The notes under the pieces were generated by a model. The model was not told where the DNA came from. It saw only the letters and a list, made by a program, of their open reading frames with translations, and searched no databases. From contig CANPIX010000004.1 in assembly GCA_947574215.1 (NCBI GenBank), positions 1 to 59,443 on the forward strand: a DNA stretch of 59,443 nt. Reading direction: 5' to 3'. Positions 50,651-59,373 of the stretch are shown here, one piece after another. The translations under genes and the position numbers were made by a program. Position 1 is the first letter of the stretch; each line of letters begins with the position of its first letter. The DNA is from an uncultured Mycoplasmatota bacterium. GTDB lineage: Bacteria; Bacillota_I; Bacilli_A; RF39; UBA660.

Positions 50651-53600
50651 ATGAAAGAAATTATTAGTTTACGAAAACCTCGCGAAAAACATTTTTTAAA
50701 TGAAGACGGAAGTTTTACTCTATACGCTTATGATTCTGATATACATTATCTAAAAAATGGAGAATATGTTGAAATAGATAATAATTTGGTGGAACAAAAA
50801 GATTTTTTTACAACAAAAGATAATACCTTAGGCATCTATTTTGCAAATCAAAATAGTAAGGATTTTATAGTAAAAGTAGAAAAAGATACTTATAAAATTC
50901 AGTTTGACTTATTGGAAAAATATTTAGATCCTGAAATTAAAGAAAATTCCATTCTTTATAAAAATATTTTAGAAAATATTGATATAAAGTACGATATTTT
51001 TTCCAAGAAAGTAAAAGATACCATCATTCTAAAAAAGAAAAGCAACCAAGTTACGAATTTAAAATACAAAATCAAAACCAATTTACAACTTACATTAGAT
51101 AAAAATAAGATTCTTATCTTTGATAAAAACGAGCATTTGTTTACTATAGAAAAACCAACATTGAACGATAAAAATCTTACAAACTATCCTATAGAATATA
51201 CTCTTATTCCAATAGAAGATGGTTACCTTCTTGGTTTTCAAATTAACGAAGAAATTTTAATGAAAGAAGAACTGTATCCTTTAACAATTGATCCCACACT
51301 CGATATAGAAGAACAACAAAATATTTTTGACACTTATATTTATTCTGGAGATACAAACGACAATCGAGATGATAGAGATTTTGTAAGAATTGGAGTTAAC
51401 CAATCCAATCGTGTTTATAGAACACTTCTTAAATTCAATCTTCCAACTCTTCCAACCGCTTGCAATATTATCAAAGCGATCGCTTGTTTAACTTCTCACA
51501 AAGACAATTATGTAAATGTTGAAAATATGCAATTTTCTCCTATTACAGTTCACAAGATAACCGCCCCATGGAATGAAAAATACGCCAATTGGGAAAATAT
51601 GCATGACAAATACGATGAAAAAATCGAAGACTGGTTTTTAGGAGAACATTCTGTTGTTGTACCTAAAGAAGGAGGAGGTTTTCAAATAGAATTGCATTCC
51701 AATTGCTTTTCTATCACAAATTTAGTAAAAAAGTGGTATGCTGGAGAAGAAAATAATGGCGTTTTACTCAAATACGAAACAGAAATATATGAAGAAAGTA
51801 CAGAGTATGAAGCACAAGATTATATTTTTTATACCAAAAATAGTTCTATAGAAAACTCTAAACCAACTTTAATTATTCAATATCGTAATCAAAACGGATT
51901 GGAAAATTATATGTCTTATCAAACCATTAATTTAGAACAAGGAATTTCTTATATAAATAATTTAAATGGAAATGTTACGAATGTTTTTGATATCATTAAG
52001 ACATTAGATAATAAATTTCCTTTGCAATTAAATTTAATTTATAATACCAATGATGTGATTGCAAATACGAACCTAGGTTGTGGAATAGGTTTTCAATGGA
52101 ATTATTACCAAACGCTAAAAGAAGTTAATTTTGATAATGTTTCATTAGAATACTTAGATAGTGACGGAACATTACACTATTTTAGAAAAATAGATGACAA
52201 ATTAATTGACGAAGACGGATTGGGGTTTACAGTTACAAAAGAAAATGATATTTATACTTTAACAGATAAAAGTGATAATAAATTAGAATTTACAAAAATA
52301 AATCCAGTATTGAGTGCTTATTATTTAACCAAAATAATAAATTCTAATCAAGATACGATTACTATAAATTATAATAGTAACATACAAATTAGTAAGCTAT
52401 ATGATGGAGCAAACGAGGAAACCAATATTCATTATTATGGTGATGAAATTGAGATTTTAAATGGGTATACGACTACAAATATTAGGCTTGAAAATAATCG
52501 TGTTACCTCAATAAAAACTAAATATGGAACAACAAATCTTTATTATAATAATCAGAATCTTATAACAAAAATAACGGATAATAATGGTTTAAGTAAAGAA
52601 TATACTTATTTTGATTGTGTTCCTTATCGATTGAAGAAAATAACAGAAATGGGTTTAAACAACAAAGTAGGAAATTCTTTAGAATTTCAATATGAATATA
52701 ATGTTACCCGCATAAGGGATTCTAAAGGAAGAGTCAGTGCTTATACCTTTAACAATGAAGGAAATACTCTAGGGATTACCACCTTAAGAAGTAAAGACGA
52801 TTTTTTAAATGGGTATGGAATAAAACAAGAATATTATGAGAACGAAAATTTAAAAAATAAAAATAAAATTTCTTTAGAGACAAATCCTACCAAATATACA
52901 AATAATCTTATCATGGATTCTAGTTTTGAGAAAAATGTATATACAAATACATCAACCGATTTTGCAAGAACTGGAAAGAAAAGTTTAAAAATTACAGATA
53001 CCTTTTCCTATCCTTTACCGAATAGAACCAAAACGGATATCTATACGTTTAGTGGATATTTTAAAACAAAAGATGCATTTACATTATCTTTATTAGAAAA
53101 TGATCAAAAAATAAAAGAAACAAAAATTTTGCAAAGTGATGATTTTGTTAGAACTTCAATTTTCAGTAACTTAGATTCATTAAAAACTTATAAAATTCAA
53201 ATAGCACCTTTAAATGAAAATTCTGTTGTTTATATGGATGATATCCAATTAGAAGTAGGAGAAAGCTCAAACTATTATAACTTAATAGAGAATTCAGATT
53301 TTGAAAATGGTTCAAACTGTTGGGATTTTTATGGAAGTGATCGATTTGGTAATGAAGTAAATAATGGAGAAATTCTTACTTTAGAAAACGGGGTTAAAGC
53401 CTATACTTTTCATAGTAAATTATTTACAAGTTCTTCTCTAAACCAAACACTACCTATAAGTGGCAAAAAAAATGATTCTTATCGTTTATCTTTTTGGTAT
53501 AAAAATGAAGGAGTTAAAAATCCATTAGAAACTGAATTTGCCAATATGGCTTTATTAGGATTTGCCTATAAAGAAGAAGAGGATAGCGGTAGAGGTTTAC

Positions 53601-56600
53601 TTCCAATCAATTTAAATTTACATAATGATGAGTGGCAACTTTTTGAAAGCGTATTTACTGCAGAAGAAGACTACGATAATCTTTGGTTAACTTTCATTTC
53701 ACAAGATGAAGTCAACAACTTTTCTTTTACACATATTACATTAACGAAAGACTTAGAAAATAATAGTTATGGATATGATAGTGAAGGCAATTTAACTACA
53801 GCTATTGGCAAAAATAATGAAGTTACAAAATTTCAATACGATCAAAAAAATCAATTGACCAGCATATTTGAACCAAAAGGAAACCATTTTTTGTTTGAAT
53901 ACGATAATACAAATACAAATAAAGTATTACAAGGCATCTCTAAAAAAGGAATTACCAATAAAATCACATACGATGCCTATAATAATCCTATAAAAACAAG
54001 AATTATAAATAACGACACTCATACAATAGATGGAAAATCCTTTTATATACGTTTAAAAGGAACAGACAAATATATCCTTCCTAATTATAGAGAATTAAAG
54101 CTTGTTTTAGAAACACCTACTTGTAGTAATGAGAGTTGGGATTTTACAAAGGAAGAAAATACAAAGAGCTATACAATAAAAAGTAGTGTTATCCCTTTTT
54201 ATTTCGTAAAAAATTCTAACGAATTTAATTTAGCTAAAAACTTTCCTACATCCTATGAAATGATTGAAAATAAAAATGGCAGTTATACAATAAAAGAGGC
54301 AACTTCTCAGTTATGTTTGACATTAGAAAATAATCAATTTATTGGAAAACTATACGATGAAAACGACCCAAATCAACAATTTTATCTAGAACCTTTTGAA
54401 AGTAAAAAATATATAGAAACTAGCGCAGAATATACAGACGATGGAAAATTTATGAAAAGTAGAACTGATGCTTTAGATAGAACAACTGAATATGACGTTA
54501 ATCCTATAACGGGTCTTGTTAAAAATATTACAGATCCACTTAAACAAATTACAGATTATACCTACAACGATAAAGAACAAATCACGAAAATAGAAAAAAA
54601 TAATAAATCAACAAGTTATACGTATAATGAACAAAATTTACTTTCTAAAATCACTTGCAACAACAAAGAATACAACTTTACGTACGATGATTTCTTAAAC
54701 ACCAAAGAAGTTAAAATAAATAACCAAACACTAGTCACAAATGAATATGAAGAAAATAATGGTAATTTACTATCTTCAAACTATGCAAACCATACCAGCA
54801 TAAATTATACTTATGATGAATTTGATCGAGTAAAAACACTAACTAAAGGAAATAAAACCTATACCTATTTATACAACAATCAAAACGATTTAGTCAAAAT
54901 CACTTCAAATAATGAAACGTATAACTATTACTATGATTTAGCACAAAGACTTTCTAGATATGAATTTAATCATAATAGCATCGACTACGAATATGACTTA
55001 AATAATAATATTACCAAGAAGATATACAAATATAACAATACCACCAAACTTATAAATTATACCTATGATGAAGACGATTCTATTGTTAAAGTTAGCTTGG
55101 ATGATAAGGAAGTAAACTTTATTTACGATAACTTAGGAAGATTAAATAAAAAGGATATCAATGGAAACTTACCAGTAGAATACGAATATTACTCCAATGG
55201 AAATAAAACTTCCTTTGTATTAAAAAGTATGAAAATAGAAAATGATTTCTATGAATATGTTTATGATGAAGTCTATAACATCACAGATATTTATAAAAAT
55301 AAGGAATTATTAAATCATTATGAATATGATAACGAAAATGAACTTATAGAAGATAATAATTATTCATTAAATAGAACGTATAAATATACATATGACCATT
55401 CTGGAAATATATTAAAAAAAGAAGAATATGATATAAATACAAGCATCTTACTTCAAGAAAACAATTACGAATACTCTAATAGCAATTGGAAAGATCAACT
55501 AACCAAATTCAATGATGAGGAAATCACCTATGATGAAATAGGAAACCCAATTACGATTGGAAATACTTATTTATCATGGTATGGAAGAGAATTACAAAGT
55601 TTAGAAAATAACATGTCTAATATCGAATATTTCTATAACAAAGAAGGAATAAGAATTCAAAAAAATATAAATGGAGTTAAAACAAACTATTTTGTAGAGA
55701 ACTCAAATATTGTATTTGAAGAAACAAACGGAAAAGAACTATACTTTAAAAGAACTGATGAGGGAGAATTAATAGGGTTTGTTTATATGGATGAAACCTA
55801 TTATTACAAAAAGAACTATCAAGAAGATATTCTAGGTATATATGACAGTAATTATAATCTAATTTGTACCTATGAATACGATAGTTATGGTGCGATTATC
55901 AGTATCAAAGATGCTCTTGGAAATAAAGTAGAAGATGAAACTCATATAGGAAATATCAACCCATATCGATATAGAAGTTACTATTACGATAGAGAAACCA
56001 ATCTTTATTACTTAAATACTAGATACTATAATCCAGTTTGGGGTAGATTTTTGAATGCGGATGGTATCATTGGAACAAATGAGAATTATTTAGGTTATAA
56101 CCTATACGCTTATTGTGAAAATAATCCTGCTATTCGTGTAGATAGTGAAGGAGAGTTTGCTTTAACTTTAGCCTTAGGAGCAATTGCTGCAGGTGTCTTT
56201 GCTTTAGGAGCTTATTGCGGTGCAAAAGCATTACAACCTGTTGCTGGAGTAGTTACCAAAAGAATAGAGACTGTTTATGAAAGAAAAAAGGAAAAAGAAA
56301 GAGAAGATGCAAAAAAAATTGAAAAAGCAAATACAAAAACTGCAGTAAATATATATGAAAGAAATAATAAACCTTGTACAGAAGCATATTTTACAAAAGG
56401 TAAAAGAGATGTAGAAAGAGGAAAAAGATTAACGATAGAGCAATCTAAAATAGCAATAGATACAGGCAACCATGTTATGTGTGATAACCAATTTTATGCC
56501 CTACAAGTTGCTATGTATTATGGGAAAGATATGGAAGGCCCAGAAATCGATAAAAATCAATATCTTGGATATAAATACTATTATCACTATCATCCAGATA

Positions 56601-56650
56601 GAGATTCACATCGTCATATATGGTTTTTAGGGATACCGTGGAGTAAGTAA
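50651..56650 (+). CDS. Rhs/YD-repeat polymorphic toxin (about 2000 aa), leaderless. It has a DNRLRE-like N-terminal region, two CBM/galactose-binding-like modules, a ricin-like insert, the Rhs core and a variable C-terminal toxin.
   Basis: Many YD repeats (YTYNDKEQITKI, YTYNEQNLLSKI, YEYDLNNNITKK...). Rhs-associated core NPYRYRSYYYDRETNLYYLNTRYYNPVWGRFLNADG...NNPAIRVDSEGE. AAGGGTG RBS upstream of ATG 50651. No hydrophobic N-terminal segment. Confidence 0.9.
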   Translation: MKEIISLRKPREKHFLNEDGSFTLYAYDSDIHYLKNGEYVEIDNNLVEQKDFFTTKDNTLGIYFANQNSKDFIVKVEKDTYKIQFDLLEKYLDPEIKENSILYKNILENIDIKYDIFSKKVKDTIILKKKSNQVTNLKYKIKTNLQLTLDKNKILIFDKNEHLFTIEKPTLNDKNLTNYPIEYTLIPIEDGYLLGFQINEEILMKEELYPLTIDPTLDIEEQQNIFDTYIYSGDTNDNRDDRDFVRIGVNQSNRVYRTLLKFNLPTLPTACNIIKAIACLTSHKDNYVNVENMQFSPITVHKITAPWNEKYANWENMHDKYDEKIEDWFLGEHSVVVPKEGGGFQIELHSNCFSITNLVKKWYAGEENNGVLLKYETEIYEESTEYEAQDYIFYTKNSSIENSKPTLIIQYRNQNGLENYMSYQTINLEQGISYINNLNGNVTNVFDIIKTLDNKFPLQLNLIYNTNDVIANTNLGCGIGFQWNYYQTLKEVNFDNVSLEYLDSDGTLHYFRKIDDKLIDEDGLGFTVTKENDIYTLTDKSDNKLEFTKINPVLSAYYLTKIINSNQDTITINYNSNIQISKLYDGANEETNIHYYGDEIEILNGYTTTNIRLENNRVTSIKTKYGTTNLYYNNQNLITKITDNNGLSKEYTYFDCVPYRLKKITEMGLNNKVGNSLEFQYEYNVTRIRDSKGRVSAYTFNNEGNTLGITTLRSKDDFLNGYGIKQEYYENENLKNKNKISLETNPTKYTNNLIMDSSFEKNVYTNTSTDFARTGKKSLKITDTFSYPLPNRTKTDIYTFSGYFKTKDAFTLSLLENDQKIKETKILQSDDFVRTSIFSNLDSLKTYKIQIAPLNENSVVYMDDIQLEVGESSNYYNLIENSDFENGSNCWDFYGSDRFGNEVNNGEILTLENGVKAYTFHSKLFTSSSLNQTLPISGKKNDSYRLSFWYKNEGVKNPLETEFANMALLGFAYKEEEDSGRGLLPINLNLHNDEWQLFESVFTAEEDYDNLWLTFISQDEVNNFSFTHITLTKDLENNSYGYDSEGNLTTAIGKNNEVTKFQYDQKNQLTSIFEPKGNHFLFEYDNTNTNKVLQGISKKGITNKITYDAYNNPIKTRIINNDTHTIDGKSFYIRLKGTDKYILPNYRELKLVLETPTCSNESWDFTKEENTKSYTIKSSVIPFYFVKNSNEFNLAKNFPTSYEMIENKNGSYTIKEATSQLCLTLENNQFIGKLYDENDPNQQFYLEPFESKKYIETSAEYTDDGKFMKSRTDALDRTTEYDVNPITGLVKNITDPLKQITDYTYNDKEQITKIEKNNKSTSYTYNEQNLLSKITCNNKEYNFTYDDFLNTKEVKINNQTLVTNEYEENNGNLLSSNYANHTSINYTYDEFDRVKTLTKGNKTYTYLYNNQNDLVKITSNNETYNYYYDLAQRLSRYEFNHNSIDYEYDLNNNITKKIYKYNNTTKLINYTYDEDDSIVKVSLDDKEVNFIYDNLGRLNKKDINGNLPVEYEYYSNGNKTSFVLKSMKIENDFYEYVYDEVYNITDIYKNKELLNHYEYDNENELIEDNNYSLNRTYKYTYDHSGNILKKEEYDINTSILLQENNYEYSNSNWKDQLTKFNDEEITYDEIGNPITIGNTYLSWYGRELQSLENNMSNIEYFYNKEGIRIQKNINGVKTNYFVENSNIVFEETNGKELYFKRTDEGELIGFVYMDETYYYKKNYQEDILGIYDSNYNLICTYEYDSYGAIISIKDALGNKVEDETHIGNINPYRYRSYYYDRETNLYYLNTRYYNPVWGRFLNADGIIGTNENYLGYNLYAYCENNPAIRVDSEGEFALTLALGAIAAGVFALGAYCGAKALQPVAGVVTKRIETVYERKKEKEREDAKKIEKANTKTAVNIYERNNKPCTEAYFTKGKRDVERGKRLTIEQSKIAIDTGNHVMCDNQFYALQVAMYYGKDMEGPEIDKNQYLGYKYYYHYHPDRDSHRHIWFLGIPWSK
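56156..56647 (+). other. variable C-terminal toxin module of the Rhs protein (164 aa) downstream of the core cleavage motif
   Basis: Begins right after ...VDSEGE. Gly/Ala-rich hydrophobic helix FALTLALGAIAAGVFALGAYCGA, then a Lys/Glu linker, then a globular part ending in YYYHYHPDRDSHRHIWFLGIPWSK. Confidence 0.6.
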
Positions 56651-56676
56651 GAGAAGAAAGGAACCAAAAAATAAAT

Positions 56677-57411
56677 ATGCAAATAAAAAGAATGTCAAAA
56701 GAAGCATATCCAAAGTTTATAGATTATGTTTTTCAAACTTGTGATGTAGTCGAATTAAAAAAATATTCATCTGGGCATAACCATCAAAATCAACGAATAG
56801 TCAATATTATGTTGAGTGATTTACCGAAGAATTTAAATATTTCCTGTAAAAAAAAATGTATAGACTTACTATATATAAAATTTAAAAATAATCCTTTTAT
56901 ATTTGACCAAGATTATAAAAAATCATATGAAACGAATGATATGGGTTTAGATAGCAAAACCTTTCAAAAATTGGCGCAAAAAAGAAGAAAATCACTTATA
57001 AAAGGTAGTATTTATAATTATATCCATAATAAAGAAACCAATAACTTTTTATTAAAAAATAAATCTGATCTTATTTACGCCAGAGAAGATATTCATAAAA
57101 TAGGTGATATGGGTAATTCATACTATTTCTTCAAATTAAGTAAAAATATAAAACAAGAAATCCAAAATAAAAATTCTATATTTGCTTGGCGCTTTCCGAT
57201 CTCACTCGAAGATATATGCTTTTTTAATAAAAATGGTCTTTGTTGGCTTTGGTCCACTTCGCATGAAGAAATGTATGCAATATGTTTTCAAGAAGGTGAA
57301 GAAAAAGAATATGAATATTTAAAATCAATAGGAATCGAATTTGTAGAAGAAGAGTTTACACCAACTCCGAAAGAATATTTATTTTATTTAGAAGATGACT
57401 TAAAATACTAG
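56677..57411 (+). CDS. putative cognate immunity protein (244 aa, soluble), copy 1
   Basis: Starts 26 nt after the Rhs stop, with an AAAGGA RBS. No TM or signal peptide. The call rests on position. Confidence 0.55.
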   Translation: MQIKRMSKEAYPKFIDYVFQTCDVVELKKYSSGHNHQNQRIVNIMLSDLPKNLNISCKKKCIDLLYIKFKNNPFIFDQDYKKSYETNDMGLDSKTFQKLAQKRRKSLIKGSIYNYIHNKETNNFLLKNKSDLIYAREDIHKIGDMGNSYYFFKLSKNIKQEIQNKNSIFAWRFPISLEDICFFNKNGLCWLWSTSHEEMYAICFQEGEEKEYEYLKSIGIEFVEEEFTPTPKEYLFYLEDDLKY

Positions 57412-57440
57412 AAGCAAAAACAAATGCTTCTTTTCTTTTT
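57410..57440 (+). terminator. rho-independent terminator after immunity copy 1
   Basis: AGAAGCA-aaaacaaa-TGCTTCT hairpin followed by TTTCTTTTT. Confidence 0.55.
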
Positions 57441-57443
57441 ATA

Positions 57444-57452
57444 TGTTATAAT
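57444..57452 (+). promoter_or_regulatory. extended -10 (TGTTATAAT) inside the repeat unit, upstream of immunity copy 2
   Basis: Lies 3 nt after the terminator T-run. The same element recurs at 58350-58358 after copy 2. Confidence 0.4.
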
Positions 57453-57581
57453 GTAACTATACTGATAAAACTAACTGGTAAATATGAAGGATTTGAATAA
57501 AAGAAAATTAATTGGTAATTAATAGTTTTGTTAATTATTTCATTTATATAAATAAAGTTAGAAAGGAAACTAAAAATAAAT

Positions 57582-58316
57582 ATGCAAATAAAAAGAATGT
57601 CAAAAGAAGCGTATCCAAAGTTTATAGATTATGTTTTTCAAACTTGTGATGTAGTCAGATTAAAAAAATATTCATCTGGGCATAACCATCAAAATCAACG
57701 AATAGTCAATATTATGTTGAGTGATTTACCGAAGAATTTAAATATTTCCTGTAAAAAAAAATGTATAGACTTACTATATATAAAATTTAAAAATAATCCT
57801 TTTATATTTGACCAAGATTATAAAAAATCATATGAAACGAATGATATGGGTTTAGATAGCAAAACCTTTCAAAAATTGGCGCAAAAAAGAAGAAAATCAC
57901 TTATAAAAGGTAGTATTTATAATTATATCCATAATAAAGAAACCAATAACTTTTTATTAAAAAATAAATCTGATCTTATTTACGCCAGAGAAGATATTCA
58001 TAAAATAGGTGATATGGGTAATTCATACTATTTCTTCAAATTAAGTAAAAATATAAAACAAGAAATCCAAAATAAAAATTCTATATTTGCTTGGCGCTTT
58101 CCGATCTCACTCGAAGATATATGCTTTTTTAATAAAAATGGTCTTTGTTGGCTTTGGTCCACTTCGCATGAAGAAATGTATGAAATATGTTTTCAAGAAA
58201 GTGAAGAAAAAGAATACGAATATTTAAAATCAATAGGAATCAAATTTGTAGAAGAAGAGTTTACACCGACTCCGAAAGAATATTTATATTCTTTAGAAGA
58301 TGACTTAAAATATTAG
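57582..58316 (+). CDS. putative immunity protein, copy 2 (6 substitutions in 244 aa versus copy 1)
   Basis: Translation is identical to copy 1 except E26R and five changes within residues 201-237. Confidence 0.55.
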   Translation: MQIKRMSKEAYPKFIDYVFQTCDVVRLKKYSSGHNHQNQRIVNIMLSDLPKNLNISCKKKCIDLLYIKFKNNPFIFDQDYKKSYETNDMGLDSKTFQKLAQKRRKSLIKGSIYNYIHNKETNNFLLKNKSDLIYAREDIHKIGDMGNSYYFFKLSKNIKQEIQNKNSIFAWRFPISLEDICFFNKNGLCWLWSTSHEEMYEICFQESEEKEYEYLKSIGIKFVEEEFTPTPKEYLYSLEDDLKY

Positions 58317-58346
58317 AAGCAAAAAATAAACGCTTCTTTTCTTTTT
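58315..58346 (+). terminator. rho-independent terminator after immunity copy 2
   Basis: AGAAGC-loop-GCTTCT hairpin followed by TTTCTTTTT. Confidence 0.5.
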
Positions 58347-58349
58347 ATA

Positions 58350-58358
58350 TGTTATAAT
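58350..58358 (+). promoter_or_regulatory. extended -10 (TGTTATAAT) after immunity copy 2
   Basis: Duplicate of the element at 57444-57452. Confidence 0.35.
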
Positions 58359-58458
58359 ATAACTACATGATGAAAACGTAACTGAGCTAAATGAAAGTTA
58401 ATTTTTTCTTTTTTTGTTAGAAATAACAAGATTATATTTTTTGTCTAAATATACATGA

Positions 58459-58850
58459 AACTTTTTTAGTTCTATCGGATGTATTTGTGCGATTACAATT
58501 ACCATAAATTTGTTCCTTAGTATATTAAAAAAAGAAGTTAATAAATGCGTGTCCGAAAATAAACAAAAGAAAAATTTTGAATGCAGTGGTTCTGTTAATG
58601 GTAATACAGGTTTTATTAGTGATTCGGATTTGCATGGTTCAATACAACATGCCAGTTATGTACTATTGATGCAACAAACAAAAATATGGATTTGAATATA
58701 ACAATTTCAGATATTTATAATTTTGATAATTGGCGATGGTCAACTAATTGATTAGATATGGCAAATAATTTTGGACTTATATATTAAAAAACAGGATTAT
58801 AGGATATATCTTATTCAATATCTGTACCAATTGAAGAATAATAGTTTTAT
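58459..58850 (+). pseudogene. possible decayed coding remnant (short ORFs in three frames, no RBS)
   Basis: The 61-aa ORF 58510-58695 ends in TGA. It continues in shifted frames as ITISDIYNFDNWRWSTN*, LDMANNFGLIY* and KNRIIGYILFNICTN*. The pattern is compatible with a frameshifted gene fragment, but no family was recognised. Confidence 0.2.
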
Positions 58851-58890
58851 TAATTTTAGAAGGAAAAGAAATAGAAGAAGGTAATAAGCC

Positions 58891-59373
58891 ATGAAAAAAA
58901 AGTTTATTATAATTATTTTGAGCATAATAAGTTGTGTGATGATTATAGGAGTACTTTTTATGTATTTATCTAGCATTAATTTTGCTTATAAAATTAACTG
59001 GAATATTGATATTCCAAATCCCAAAAAAGTAATTTCTAAATATAATAATACCGGATTTCAATATGGTTTATATTTAGATATATTTCATTATAATCAAAGA
59101 GAAATAATGCAACTTATATCAAAATTAAATTTTCAAAAAATAGACAGATCAGAAAAACTAAAGCTAACTCAAAAATACAATGAATTTATGAATAATCTTG
59201 AAGAAGAACTTCAAAAAAAATTTGATGATGTAATTCAACCAGAAACCAATTTTAACAACAATAACTACTATGTTTATTTGGAAAAAAATAGTAATAAATC
59301 AAACTACTGTTTATTATTAATGGTTCTCGATGTTATTAATAATAAAGTTTATGTTATACAATACTTTAAATAA
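58891..59373 (+). CDS. membrane-anchored hypothetical protein (160 aa)
   Basis: GAAGAAGG upstream. N-terminal TM FIIIILSIISCVMIIGVLFMYL. No motif recognised. Confidence 0.45.
   Translation: MKKKFIIIILSIISCVMIIGVLFMYLSSINFAYKINWNIDIPNPKKVISKYNNTGFQYGLYLDIFHYNQREIMQLISKLNFQKIDRSEKLKLTQKYNEFMNNLEEELQKKFDDVIQPETNFNNNNYYVYLEKNSNKSNYCLLLMVLDVINNKVYVIQYFK

Larger units (their letters stand above)
56655..58390 (+). repeat. tandem direct duplication (period 905 bp) of an RBS-immunity gene-terminator-promoter unit
   Basis: Unit 1 spans about 56655-57485 and unit 2 about 57560-58390. They are separated by about 75 bp of unique AT-rich spacer. Confidence 0.8.
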
